DNA of 64,000 nt from Octopus sinensis. Lineage: Eukaryota. The stretch spans positions 27,280,001 through 27,344,000 of the forward strand of contig NC_043000.1 of NCBI RefSeq assembly GCF_006345805.1, read 5' to 3'. Position 1 is the stretch's first letter; every line of letters begins with the position of its first letter. Both the position numbers and the translations under genes were made by a program. A model generated the notes under the pieces. The model was not told the DNA's origin, ran no database searches, and was given only the letters and a program-made list of their open reading frames with translations. This document shows positions 26,037-39,047 of the stretch, piece by piece.

Positions 26037-26775
26037 TACTAATCCCACCGAATGCAATTTTTCAAAGTAAGACATATTTTTGGTAGAAATGACTGATTGT
26101 CCCTCTTAGCGTTTGGCAAGTATATATAATGCCTCCTGGCATGTATGTATAATTATGCCCTCTATATATAAATTAATATGTTCAATAAGAAATAATTATT
26201 TTCGAAATTTTTTCTCTTATGAGGTTTTTACGCTATCTACCTGACAATTTCTTGTTAAGTTTTCCTTATTAAGTAGTTGTCCTTAATTGCAAAATTTTTA
26301 TTCCGAAAAAACTTTTCCTCTCCCGAAATGCAATTTTGTAAAAGTTTGCCATTCACCCGGATGTAATATATATAAACTCACCCATGTGCTTCGTTGATGT
26401 TGATCAGTTAGCTGTTCGGCTTAAGCGAGGCAGGGTCGTTGTTTATTTATAATACATTCAGGCCTGCTGATGATTACGTAAGTATGAAATCACTGTGATA
26501 CAGGCCTATATTTTTAAATGTCTTACTTTGAAAAATTGCATTCGGTGGGATTAGTAATATTTTTGGTAGAAATGACTGATTGTCCCTCTTAGCGTTTGGC
26601 AAGTATATATAATGCCTCCTGGCATGTATGTATAATTATGCCCTCTATATATAAATTAATATGTTCAATAAGAAATAATTATTTTCGAAATTTTTTCTCT
26701 TATGAGGTTTTTACGCTATCTACCTGACAATTTCTTGTTAAGTTTTCCTTATTAAGTAGTTGTCCTTAATTGCAA

Positions 26776-26781
<6 letters not shown>
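26037..26781 (+). mobile_element. Terminally redundant non-coding HHR retroelement (483-nt unit, retrozyme/pLTR-like) with 5' inversion
   Basis: 26074-26298 identical to 26557-26781; 26037-26075 is the reverse complement of 26518-26556; HHR in between; ends in (TA)n. Confidence 0.75.
26460..26507 (+). ncRNA. Type I hammerhead ribozyme motif, canonical core
   Basis: AGGCCTG-CTGATGA-T TAC GTAA GTA T-GAAA-TCAC T GTGA-TA-CAGGCCT; 7-bp stem I; predicted AUA cleavage after 26500. Confidence 0.85.
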
Positions 26782-26850
<69 letters not shown>

Positions 26851-27874
26851 GTGCGTGTGTATATATATATAGATGTGTAAGTGTATACATGCATACTTAC
26901 AGCATAGTGTCAACAAACGACAACTTTATGTTGTTCCAGCGTATTCTAAGCACAGAACCAGTCTATTCTGGTCTCCTACATGTTGCAGTACCTAGATTTT
27001 AACGAAATCTGCAACTGACTAGTATATGTGTGGATATGTTTAATACACATACATACATACATACATACATACATACATACGTACATACATACATACATAC
27101 ATACATACATACATACATACATACGTACATACATACATACATCATACATACATACATACATACATACATACATACATACATACAGATGTATGTGTATTCT
27201 TATATATATGCATTTATGCATATAATAAACAATTAAAAGAGTACATAACTACGTAATTATAATCCTAATCATAGTTCGATGATTACCTTTACGAATAAAA
27301 CTACATGAATACTTTGCTTGCAGTTTACTTCCAACCTTCTCCATGGAGGATTTGAAGTTTGCTTTAGGATTATTGGTCTCAATGTAATATTCCCTTTACT
27401 TTAATACGTTGGATTCCCTGTCAATTAAACTAATGCCTTGCCTTATGAATACACAAATGAATGATGCTTAATATCTCTCTTGCATGCTTTAGCAATTATG
27501 ACGTTTAATTTCCCTCTTTAACCACCAGTTCGCTTCACTGGTTCATAAATGGGAAATTGCTGATGCCAAACGCAATATATTTAATGTAGTATATATAGAC
27601 ACATACATAAATATGCATAAGTATAAATATATATATATATATGTGTGTGTGTGTCTTGCGTGTGTGTATATGTTATGTGTATCTGGGTGTGTAGGTGTGT
27701 GTGTTGTGTACATGTCTATAATTGTGCATATCTACATGTATATAAGTGTGTATATGCACACATTTATGCATAGGTATATGCCCGTATATCTCTATCTATT
27801 AATCTATATCTATCTATCAATCTCTCTATCTACCCATGTATCTGTCTGTCTGTCTGTCGAATTATCTATCTATA

Positions 27875-27936
<62 letters not shown>

Positions 27937-27963
27937 CCTGCCTACCGACCTATCTATCTATCA

Positions 27964-28017
<54 letters not shown>

Positions 28018-28033
28018 TTATCTATCTATCTGT

Positions 28034-28082
<49 letters not shown>

Positions 28083-28139
28083 TTATATATATATATATAT
28101 ATATGGGTGTGTATGCATATATATATATGGGTGTGTATG

Positions 28140-28170
<31 letters not shown>

Positions 28171-28223
28171 ACATTTACAAATGAGTGTATGTATATGTGT
28201 GCGCGCGCATGTGCGTGCGTATG

Positions 28224-28272
<49 letters not shown>

Positions 28273-28784
28273 CTTACCGTATATATTATATAGATGTGCT
28301 GGATATTTTTTTTTGCACACAATATGCATAATGCTTTGCAGAGTCGTCTGATAAACTGCTTATGCAGCTGTCAATGGTCCCCATAGAATGCCAAATATTA
28401 TAAACCATTTTAAACGTTGTGAATGACATTCAAATTATGCTCAACTTTAATAGATTTTGTCACATTTTAAAATAATCTTTGAAGAAACAAAAGTAGTACA
28501 GACTTCGCGGTGGCTTGTTAAAATCTGAAAATCTGATATTTCACCGAATATGTATGATTTATATAGGGTAGAGTGTGTGGCTGAATGAATAGAACATTTT
28601 AAAAAGTTCCCGTCAGGGATGTTTAAGAATGAGTAAAACTGTCACATATTTAAAAAGGAAAGCTTGTCAGATATTCTCCATATTTGTCAGTTAAATATAT
28701 TTAAAGGAAAAATAAGTTAATATTTGTACCTAATGTAAAATTGTCATTTTTCATAAGACAAAATAACTGTTTGTATTTTAAAAC

Positions 28785-28832
<48 letters not shown>

Positions 28833-28857
28833 TAATAACAACAACAACAACAACAAC

Positions 28858-28898
<41 letters not shown>

Positions 28899-28944
28899 GA
28901 AGAAGAAGAAGAAGAAGAAGAGAAGAAGAAGAAGAAGAAGAAGT

Positions 28945-29969
28945 AGAAGACCAAAGAGGCTTCACTTTGTTATGAAGGAGAGCGAAGATTTTTAAGTGAT
29001 TGTATGCATAATACCCAGGTTGAACAACATGAGGGAAGTGCAGCAACTGTATTTGCAAAGAAGGTTGAGTCAATAGCAAAGGAAAACACTCTTCAACAAT
29101 TGACCGATTTGTGGGAACAATAGCCTCTGCATGGCAAATATGTGGTCCATCGCGAACAAGCTGATGTAGACCAGAAGCACATCTATCAGTGGAAACGGAG
29201 CTCAGAGCTAAAGGCAGAGAGTGGAGACTTTACTTTGGCTGCCCAATATCAGAACTTATTGACCCGGAACTATGAAGCCAATGTAATGAAAAATGGAGTA
29301 GACCCTAAGTATCGATACCACAACGGTGGGATAGAAGCAGTCGACCACCTAATCTCCGATTATTAGGTTTTAGCACATGCAGTGTACAAATCAAGCCATG
29401 ACAGAGTTGGCCAATATCTATATTGGATAATGTGTCGGAATTATAAAATCAAGACTGATGACAAATAGTATAAGCACCACCCTGAGACTGTAACTGAGGG
29501 GGGAAATGTAACTATTCTTTGGGACTTCCTAGTATGTACAGACCGGATCATCAAAGCAAATAAACCAGATATAGTTGTGAAAGACCAAAACAATAAAGTA
29601 TGTTTATTGATTGACATGAGCATAGCCTGTGACCATAATATCTCGTCAAAAGAATATGATAGGCTCAGAAATTATAAAGGTCTGCGAATCGAAATCGAAA
29701 AGACGTGACGTGTCAAGACGGTTACAATACCAGTGATTGTAGGACCACTTGGAACGATAAAAAAAGGAACCGAAAATTATTTAAGAATGATCCCTGGCTT
29801 AACATTCATGCAGGAAGTCAAAAAGTTTGTCTTAACTGGTACGTCACTAGTATTAAAAAGAGCATTGTAGCTGTAAATTTTCTTTCCTTTCCTCACTCCC
29901 TTTATTTTTTTTTTTACTTTTAATTTTTATCTTTTCCTTTCTCTCTCTCTTACCCCCTTTCTGTGTCAC
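28945..29969 (+). mobile_element. R4/Dong-like retrotransposon 3' fragment flanked by (AAT)n-type tracts
   Basis: PLHGKY, ELKAESGDFTLAAQYQNL, VDHLIS, ILWDF..TDRIIKANKPDIVV..CLLIDMSI, IPVIVGPLG; several stops. Confidence 0.9.
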
Positions 29970-29988
29970 AATAATAATAATAATAATG

Positions 29989-30090
<102 letters not shown>

Positions 30091-30110
30091 TAAATAATAA
30101 TAATAATAAT

Positions 30111-30290
30111 TTGGGGTGGAGCATTTGCAGAAAACAGTGCTGCTTGGAACCGCTCCGCATGGAGCTCGAAAAATAAGAAGAGTTACCTAGTTCACTGGTA
30201 GTGAACAGCTCACACCGTAGTACATCTCCAGTGTTAGAAGCTGTGCAAAGACAATTATGAATAATCATAATCCTTTCTATGACTAATCCT
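30111..30290 (+). mobile_element. Short 3' end of another R4/Dong-like element
   Basis: GVEHLQKTVLLGTA followed by a distinct 3' UTR ending in AATAAT; follows (AAT)n at 29970-30110. Confidence 0.65.
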
Positions 30291-30305
30291 TTCTATGAAT
30301 AATCA

Positions 30306-30734
30306 TAATCCTTTCTACAATAGGCCTGAAATTTGGGGAAAGGGGACAGTCGATTACATCGACCCCAGTACTCGACTAGTACTTCTTTTAACGAGCCTGA
30401 AAGGATAAGTGGCAAAAAGTGGACCTCGGCAGAATTTAGAACTCCGAACGTATACATAGACAAAATACCGTTAAGCATTTCTCTCGGTGTTCTAACGATT
30501 CTCCCAGCTTCCCCTCTTTCATCTTTCTACTATAGACAAAAGGCCTGAAATTTGGTGGTGCGGGAATAGTGGATTTCATCGACCCTACAGTTTCATTTGT
30601 ACGCAATTTATCGACCCCGAAAGGATAAAAGGTAAAGTCGACCTCAGTGGAATTTGAACTCAAAACGTAGCGGAAGGCGAAATACCGCTAAGGCTTTCGT
30701 CCAGCGTGCTAACGTTTCTGTTAGCTCGCCGCCT

Positions 30735-30736
<2 letters not shown>
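30306..30736 (-). mobile_element. Two tandem SINE family A (A2 tail) copies
   Basis: Units ~30306-30518 and ~30519-30736; followed by (AAT/GAT)n to ~30895. Confidence 0.75.
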
Positions 30737-30805
<69 letters not shown>

Positions 30806-30844
30806 GATGATGATGATGATGATATGATGATGATGATGATGATG

Positions 30845-30898
<54 letters not shown>

Positions 30899-31358
30899 AA
30901 GCTGCACATATGAAAAAGAGAAAGAAAATAACGCAGAAAGTGAGAATCGAACCCCTTTCCTTGATTTTCGTGTTACCATATCACGTGCATTTTTGACTCC
31001 TTTCTGGTATCATATTTAGTGACTCAGCAAGCTATACTGAATTAACCTTCGACTTAATGAGGTTGCATTTATATGTGAAAAACATATGTGTGACTACAAC
31101 CGCCTCATCTAATATAGTCGAATCATTAGAAAGAAAGGATGATACTTGAAAGGTTTCTCAGAGTTTGTTCTGAATGAAGACCATAAATGCTAAGTGAGAA
31201 GTGGGTTTGTTCTTTAGTAATGGTGTTCAAAAATTGCTACATGTTTCGGAATGATTAGTCCTCTTCGGTGAAGCATAGTCTTACACATAGCTTCCAGAAA
31301 TTAGAATAATTTGCGAGATTATTTATTTTCTGCCAACGATTAGCATAGGAATGGCTAT

Positions 31359-31735
31359 AGGCGTAGGAGTGGCTGTGTGGTAAGTAGCTTGCTTACTAAC
31401 CACATGGTTTCGGGTTCAGTCCCACTGCGTGGCACCTTTAGCAAGTGTCTTCTGCTATAGCCTCGGGCCGACCAAAGCCCTGTGTGTGGATTTGGTAGAT
31501 GGAAACTGGAAGAAGCCCTGTGTGGGTGTGTGTGTGTGTGTATGTGTATGTATGTGTCTGTGTTTGTCCCCCCCCCAACATCGCTTGACAACCGACGCTG
31601 GTGTGTTTACGTCCCCGTAACTTAGCGGTTCGTCAAAAGAGACCGATAGAATAAGTCCCGGGGTCGATTTGTTCGACTAAAGGCGGTGCTCCAGCATGGC
31701 CGCATTCAAACGAGTAAAACGAATAAAAGAATAAA
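31359..31735 (+). mobile_element. SINE family B, full length
   Basis: Head AGGAGTGGCTGTGTGGTAAG, (GT)n middle, tail AAGGCGGTGCTCCAGCATGGCCGC. Confidence 0.85.
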
Positions 31736-32540
31736 ATAATAAAGAATATTCATTGATTAGGCAATATTTGACAACGACTGGACGATATAGGAAGCTCCCA
31801 GATAAAGCTAGTCGTTTTTTAATTTTTTTTCATATGGTACTTCACAGTACCATTTAAATAGCCAAAATGTCAAACAAAATTATTAAGAATAGAGGAAGAA
31901 AAAATATCTATACACCACTACGATATTTTTCACACTAATTCAAATAATATTGAAAGGGATTTCAATAAATAAAGAAAAATCGAAAGAATTTATCTGACAA
32001 CATAATGCTATTTGCATGCGAGATATTCATTCATTAGGAACAATCAGCAATCTAATTTAATGACGTTCGAACATTTCCCATTGTTATTTTCTGCATGACA
32101 GATGTAGAGTTAAGTACAGGCTAACATACATATTGTGGAATGAACCGTAAAATAGAACTAATCAATAGAAATCACAACCGTAATGAATTGAAAAATCAAT
32201 TGATGAGAATTCTTGTGAAGAAAGGTAAGAACATGAACGGTGAAATACAAAATTGATAATAAAATTGAATATTTCTAGTTTCTGGAAATTAAATTAGTTT
32301 AGTTCAATTAAATTGTTTTAATTGAACTGGCTGTTGCTTAACCTAAAATGGAACACGCCTTTGTGGTTTCACTGGAATCGGGAACCATTAGATGTTTGTT
32401 CAATCGTGCTATCTTACTTGCTTCAATCACTGGGCTGCGGTGAAGCTGGGACAGCCATCAAAAGTCTTCAAAGGACTTAGTACTTAGTTGTGCTTGTGTA
32501 AATAAACCAACACTTACTGTCAAGTGGCGTAGGTATATAT

Positions 32541-32605
<65 letters not shown>

Positions 32606-32659
32606 TCTCTATGTATCTATGCATGTATGTATGAATGTATGTATAACTAATTAATTAAT

Positions 32660-32850
32660 TCAAACAACGGAGTAAAAAGACGATCAGGAAATAAAGACAA
32701 GAAAAAAGCAACAATCTGAGGACGTAGCACATGCAAAGTATTAACAGGACGGTCACAGAAGGAAAAGATTAGTTGTTTACGTTTCGAGCACATAGCTCTT
32801 CTTCGAAAATAGGAAACACAGGAAAATCGCCAACGGTCCACATGTAGTTA
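32660..32850 (-). mobile_element. Solo pLTR with degenerate HHR (32776-32810)
   Basis: TCGAAGA-AGAGC TATGT GCTC-GAAA-CG-TA; flanked by (TA)n-rich tracts. Confidence 0.55.
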
Positions 32851-32864
32851 GATTTTTCAAATGC

Positions 32865-32928
<64 letters not shown>

Positions 32929-32992
32929 ATATATATAGATATATATATATACATATATACATATATACAAACATATATATATGTATATATAC

Positions 32993-33027
<35 letters not shown>

Positions 33028-33244
33028 ATATATATATATACATATATACATACATATATATATATATGTTATATATATATATATATACATACATATACAT
33101 ATACATATATACGTGTGGCTGTCGCTGTGTGTAACAACTCCAATGTATCAGGTAACCATAGGCAGTAAATATGCTTTAATAGGCATACTAATAGGTGTAA
33201 GCCCAAGATTTATACTTTAATTAACTACTCATATAGATGCTTTT

Positions 33245-33430
33245 ATTCTTTTATTTATTTCAATCATTGGAGACCACCTTTATTTCAACAAATCGACCCC
33301 AGGACGTCTTTTCATAAGCCTAGTACTTACTCTATCGGGTTCTTTTGCCCAACCGCCAAGTGAAGTAAACACACCAAAATCGGTTTTCAAGCGATGGTGG
33401 GGGTACAGACACGGACACAAACATATTCAC
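33245..33430 (-). mobile_element. SINE family B 3' half, degenerate
   Basis: AAATCGACCCCAGGAC, AAGCCTAGTACTTA, CACACCA..ATCGGTT blocks. Confidence 0.6.
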
Positions 33431-33452
33431 ACACACACTTACCCCCACCATA

Positions 33453-34724
33453 CAGGGTGTTCAAAAAGTCTCTCGGCAGTAACTATTTTATTGCAACATA
33501 AATATTTATAAGATGGTATAAAACTACAAATAAAATATATTAGACTTTACAAGACTTTAAAAACTTTATAAGGGGTGTTGAAAGTGTCGTCTTCATTTTC
33601 AATACAATAAGTTGACTCTTCTATACATATTTTGAAATACATCTTGGAGAGTCTGAGGCGGTATGAACCGTGTGACGGTTATGATTGCGTCTTTAACTCA
33701 TTAACGGTTTTCGGGCGATTCTTGTACACTGATTCTTTATTTGCTCCCCAGAAATATATGCCTGGCGGTTTTAAATCAGGCGATCTTTTCGAAATAATCC
33801 GTTCACCGAAAAACTCTTTATGTAGCGCCATGGTGATGCGCGAATTATGTGCTGTAACTCCATCTTGCTGAAAGTATTCATTATTCATTTCACTTTCAGT
33901 GAGTTGTCCTACAAATAGATAGACAATATTTGACCTATATCTCTCGGTGTTGATGGTGTCTTCAAAAAATATTGGTTCCATAATACACTTTCTCGAAATT
34001 ACTATCGATACTTCAAAGTTTTCGGGATGCAGAGGTTGCTCATGTGTCGCGTGTGGATTCTCATTGCTCCATAACCTTGTGTTTTGCGAATTTATGTCTC
34101 CCGACAGATGAAATCCAACCTCACCGGTGTAAAATCACCATCCAGCACTTCTATCCTCTTTTCGGCAACAAAGTTTTGGAACCAATCACAATAATGTAGA
34201 CTTTTAGCATGATCCGTAGTCTTAAATCCTTGAATGGCCAGCACTTCGTATGGGAAGAAATTTAATTTATCTTTTACTGCCGTGTGAGCACTTCCGAAGC
34301 TGATTCCGGCTTCCTGTGACAATTTTCGCAAGGAATTTCTCGGGCTTGCCAACAGTTTATTAGGAATACTGGAGAGTATTTCGCCTGAAAGAACAGTAGG
34401 CCTATCGCTTCTTACTGCGTCTTCCACTCATCCTGTGTTTCTAAATTTTCTTATCAAATCCTGCACAGTGTCACGATGTCGAAGAAAGGTATAGGGAAAA
34501 ATGTCCTTGAACTTCTGTTTCACAGTATCTCTATATTTGTTTCCAGTTCGAAACAGCCATTCAACTAAAAACGTACGTCCTTCAATGGTTAGCATGTCGA
34601 CTCGCTGAAGGGTACTCATTGACTGGGGACAACGGCTGACACCCGGACGCCCACGCAGTGATAGCCAAGCTGCGTATGCGCAGGATAAAAATGTTCACTG
34701 CAGAGAGACTCTTTGAAAACCCTG
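33453..34724 (-). mobile_element. Full-length (1272 bp) Tc1/mariner-superfamily DNA transposon, inactive
   Basis: 28-bp TIRs CAGGGT(G/T)TTCAAA(A/G)AGTCTCTC(G/T)GCAGT at 33453-33480 and 34697-34724 (3 mismatches); TA target duplication on both sides. Confidence 0.95.
33566..34619 (-). pseudogene. Tc1/mariner transposase pseudogene (rosa/DD41D-like by motif resemblance)
   Basis: LIRKFRNTG*VEDAVRSDRP, SPRNSLRKLSQE, FHLSGDINSQN, FQQDGVTAH, RSPDLKPP, FWGANKESVY, HFQHPL*; one stop, frameshifts, WPP deleted. Confidence 0.9.
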
Positions 34725-35292
34725 TATATATAAATATATAAATGGATGAATGAATTATCCTTTGTTCACCGTTAATATGGAAAATTCAATAAACAGTTAC
34801 CAGGGTAGCAAAATTCACGCAAGTAACACGGATGAAGCGACTTATTCAAAGGTAGAAACTCCGAGTTAATGTGCAGTAATTTGTGTAGTATAAGTAAGTA
34901 AATGGAGTTGAACGCAGATGTTATTAAAATTCGTTTACTTTCGACATATGTTTCGAAGACAACATTGGTTTTATTTCAAAGGAATAAACGGTGTAAATGC
35001 AATCTTCTCATCAGGAAAGAAAGAGAGCCTATCTCAACAACAAGACATTATAACAATTACGATGACTGCCTAAATGATAAAAAGAACGTTATTAAGTATT
35101 TAAAAAAAAACGACGTCAAAAGCAGATACTAGAAAGAGAAGGGTTAAAGAAATAATAAGTAGAGATCAAATAAAGATGGATACGTTGGTTGAAAAAATGT
35201 TTAAAGGCTTAGAATTAGATGTCTCTATTGAAGTAAAGTGCAAGTTAAACTAAATGTTCAAACTATAAAGACTGGCAAAAACTTTTATAATC

Positions 35293-35530
35293 GACTTAAT
35301 CCGTTTGTCTGTCCTTGTTTGTCCTCTCTGTGTTTAACCCCGTGTGGGTAGTAAAGAAATAGGTATTTCGCCCGTCTTTACGTTTTGAGTTGAAATTCCG
35401 CCGTGGTCGAGTTTGTCTTTCATCCTTTCGGGGGCGATAAATTAAGTACCAGTTGCGCACTGGGTTCGATCTAATCGACTGTATCCCTCCCCCAAACATT
35501 TCGGGCTTTGTGTCGAGAGCAGAAAAGAAT
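35293..35530 (+). mobile_element. SINE family A composite (type-1 tail joined to head-truncated unit with A2 tail)
   Basis: AAAGAAATAG|GTATTTCG junction at ~35362. Confidence 0.75.
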
Positions 35531-36081
35531 AAGTACAAGTACTAAAGAAAAGAAATATAGATAAATATATAATGCCGGGGTCGATTCATTCGACTATAAA
35601 TCATGCAAGGTGGTCTCCCACCATAGCCGTAGTCTTATAACAGAAATAAGTAAAGACAGAAGAACACTCATACACACACACATGCATGTGTGTGTCTTTG
35701 TCTGTGTGATAGCTTGTGCATATGTGTTGGTATACACTTAGGTATTGTTCGAGCTTTCCATCATTTTCTCGACTTCAACAAATTGTACTTCGATTCCAGT
35801 TTTCGCTTACATATAATCCTTCAATGTAAAGTATTTTGTGATTCACTGCTTAGACATATAATGTGATTCTTAGTATAATCCTTAGCATAACAATCAAACT
35901 TGCAATAATGGCCTTCTTCTTCCAAGGCCAACATATACTTATGGAGATTTTTTCTTTGGTTTCTATTATTACTCTGTACAAGGTATTCATACGATCTAGA
36001 TTCAGTGTGTCTTTTGTTTCCACATTGTAGAGTATATAAATATATATGTGAGTGTGTGTGTCTGTATACACATATACATGT

Positions 36082-36142
<61 letters not shown>

Positions 36143-36226
36143 TATATATACTATATATATATACACATATATATACACATATATACATGTACGTATATAT
36201 ATATGTACGTATATATGTATGCATGT

Positions 36227-36266
<40 letters not shown>

Positions 36267-36385
36267 TATTGATATGTATATATAAGTGTATCTATTTATC
36301 TATCAATTATATATGTATGTATATCTATATATATATATATATATGTATGCATGCATATATATATATATATATGTATGTATGTATG

Positions 36386-36417
<32 letters not shown>

Positions 36418-36776
36418 TATATAACCATACGCACACATAAGATATATATTTCTCTGTGTGTGTTTGTGTGCGTGTTTGTGTATATGACTGTGTGTGCGTG
36501 CATATATATATATGTATACATATAGATGTATATATATATTTATCTGTGTGTGTGTGTGTCTATGTTCCCCTGCCATAACTTGAACAACGATGTTGGTGTG
36601 TTTACGTTCCTGTAACATAACGGATCTGATCTGTTGTGATTTTACGATATACATATATATACATATATATATATATATAACGGGAAGCTTTATGAAAATA
36701 AACAATAGACGAAGGCAGGTGGAGTACAAACAAACAATTGTATTAGTATGGCGCTCAGGAATAGAAATAAAACAAG

Positions 36777-36814
36777 TCTTTTACGTTTCGAGCCTACGCT
36801 CTTCAACAGAAAGA
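36777..36814 (-). ncRNA. Minimal hammerhead ribozyme motif, A6U core variant
   Basis: TCTTT-CTGTTGA-A GAGC GTAG GCTC-GAAA-CG-TA-AAAGA. Confidence 0.65.
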
Positions 36815-37451
36815 TACACAGAAAAGAAACACAGAGAGAAACAAGGAGAGAAAAAAATGCGTGCAGGAGCTAACGAATCAACATGGCTGTCTGATTTCGG
36901 TCAGAAGTCAGAGATCAGACGTGAGACGCAAGAGGGAAAGGAGGGGAAGATAACAGGGTCAAATGACTTCGCCCCAAGATAAGGGGGCGTGTGTGTATGA
37001 GAGAGTATGTATGTCCGTATAAGAGGTCTGGACGTGTGTATGTATGTATGATGTGATGTGTAATGTCGTATGGTGTAGTGTAGAGAGAGGAGATGAGTGG
37101 GAGAGGGGATGAGGAGGGATGAGGGGAGGGTAAGAGGGAGGGAGAAGGAAAGAGGAGGGAGTAGGGAGGGGAGGGAGGAATAAGGAAAGAGAGGAGGGAA
37201 GGGGGAAGAAGGGGAAGAAGGGGGAGAGTAGAAGATGAGGGGGATGGCAAAGGAGGAGAGAGCAGGCGGGGGAGGATAGGAGGAGGGGGAGAGAAGGGGG
37301 AGAAGGGAAGTGAGGGAGCAGAGAGAAAGAGAGAAGGGGAAGAGGGAAGAAGAAAGAGGAAAGAAGAGGAGGGAAAGAGAGTAGGGGTGAAAAGATGAAG
37401 GACTGAAGAGAAGTAGCAGTCAGGGGGGAGGTTAGATGAGGAGGGGGGGAG

Positions 37452-37682
37452 AGTTGAGACCAATGGCGTAAAAGAGCAAAGAGAGAAGATTAATCCCTGT
37501 TCACGGCGTAAACGGGAATCCGGATGACCTCTGTACAAGGACAAACCGAACACAGACAGGTGTTGCAAGGGGTGAACGGTGGAGCGGAAATGACGTGAGA
37601 CTGGTGTGTCGTTGGCAAGGCGGATGTCATGGAGGTGTTCCACGAACCGGTCAGCCAAGCGGCGTCCCGTTTGTCCGATGTA
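37452..37682 (-). pseudogene. GIY-YIG endonuclease C-terminal half of a PLE
   Basis: YIGQTGRRLADRFVEHLHDI..PVSRHF..H..LSVFGL..RREQGLIFSL..P(LGLN after frameshift). Confidence 0.85.
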
Positions 37683-37964
37683 TACATACATACATACATA
37701 TATTATATATATATATATATATATAATATATATATATATAATATATAATATATATATATATATACATACATGCATACTTATATATATATATATATATAAA
37801 GTTAATCCAAACATGAAAACACAAAGAGAAAACACAATGACGCGAGGACGAGGAACAAGTATAGTGTTACGAGACGCTCAGGAAAGAAGTTATACACACA
37901 CACACACAGAGATATATATATTTATATATATATATATATTTATGTATGTATGTATGTATGCATA

Positions 37965-38172
37965 TATTTGTGTGTCTGTGTTTGTCCCTCCACCATTGCT
38001 TGATAACCGCTGTTGGTGTGTTTATGTCCCCCGAAACTTTCTGGTTCAGTAAAAGGGAAGATAAAATAAGTATTAGGCCTACAAAACATAAGTCCTGGGG
38101 TCGATTTCTTCGACTAAAGGCGGTGCTCCAGCATGACCGCATTCAAATGACTGAAACAAATAAAAGAATAAA
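37965..38172 (+). mobile_element. SINE family B 3' half
   Basis: AAGTCCTGGGGTCGATTT..GACTAAAGGCGGTGCTCCAGCATG tail. Confidence 0.8.
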
Positions 38173-38174
38173 GG

Positions 38175-38474
38175 AATGCGACTCCGTTAGTTACGAAGCG
38201 AGTGTGCCAGTAATCCGATCAACGGAAGTGCCTTTTCGAGAAATTAGCATGCAAGTGTGTCACTAATCCCCAAAAATTCGAACCTTTAACGTAGTTCTAA
38301 GCGGGATTCAGTGAGGCACAAGATGTCACAAGGCTGTCACTTTGAAACAGGGTTAGTGCTCACGCTTGTCGACTGAATGCACTGGAGCAACATGAAATAA
38401 AGGAAATCGAACTCACGACCGAATACGATATTGCGCCGAATACCCAAACCGCGAAGCCAAGCCACGCGCCTTCA
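38175..38474 (-). mobile_element. Degenerate tRNA-derived SINE (family E) sharing its tail with 48567-48948
   Basis: Head TGAAGGCGCGTGGC, GTGAGTTCGATT; tail CCGTTGATCGGAT..CGTAACTAACGGAGT. Confidence 0.55.
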
Positions 38475-38666
38475 CACCCACTGACAAACACACACGTACA
38501 CCCAATTTTGATTCTTGATAAACTCATGTTTATCCTTGTCTTTACTTATAATTTATGAGAATAATATTCTTGCATATTTATACCCATGGTTAAACATAAG
38601 CAATATACCGTTAGTATAATGGATATTTCCATCCCTTAGACAGCTACTGTAACCTTCAACTCAGCT

Positions 38667-38699
<33 letters not shown>

Positions 38700-38706
<7 letters not shown>

Positions 38707-39000
38707 ACAAGATCGATATTTATATATCGATTTTGTCAAGTGGCTAGCATGGGAATAAAAATCTTTCAAAGGTAATAAGTATTTAAAATTATGATTTAGG
38801 GACAGATACCATCACGCTGAAAATAGCAATCAGAACCTGATTCTAAAGCCACATTAAATATTCATATACCACTAGGAGAGATAACAGAGAGACAAAATAA
38901 ACTAGCAAAAATACTGGTTAATTCCAGATCCTGGAATTCTGATTCAGCATAAGAGATGCTCTGCCTTCGTCAGTGGAATATACTCAGATAGTACATAGAT

Positions 39001-39047
<47 letters not shown>

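Larger units (their letters stand above)
36679..37682 (-). mobile_element. 3' part of a Penelope-like element: GIY-YIG end, pyrimidine-rich spacer, pLTR P1 with HHR
   Basis: GIY-YIG coding remnant at 37452-37682 followed downstream by the same pLTR found solo at 42529 and 55930; (TA)n on both sides. Confidence 0.8.

Noticed and set aside
27613-28351. YI/YLSI/VC repeat ORFs (and similar throughout the window)
   Set aside because: Translations of (TA)n, (TCTA)n and (TG)n microsatellites.
36915-37835. 306-aa ORF as a gene
   Set aside because: Chimera of (TA)n, a GIY-YIG remnant and a pyrimidine-rich low-complexity tract.
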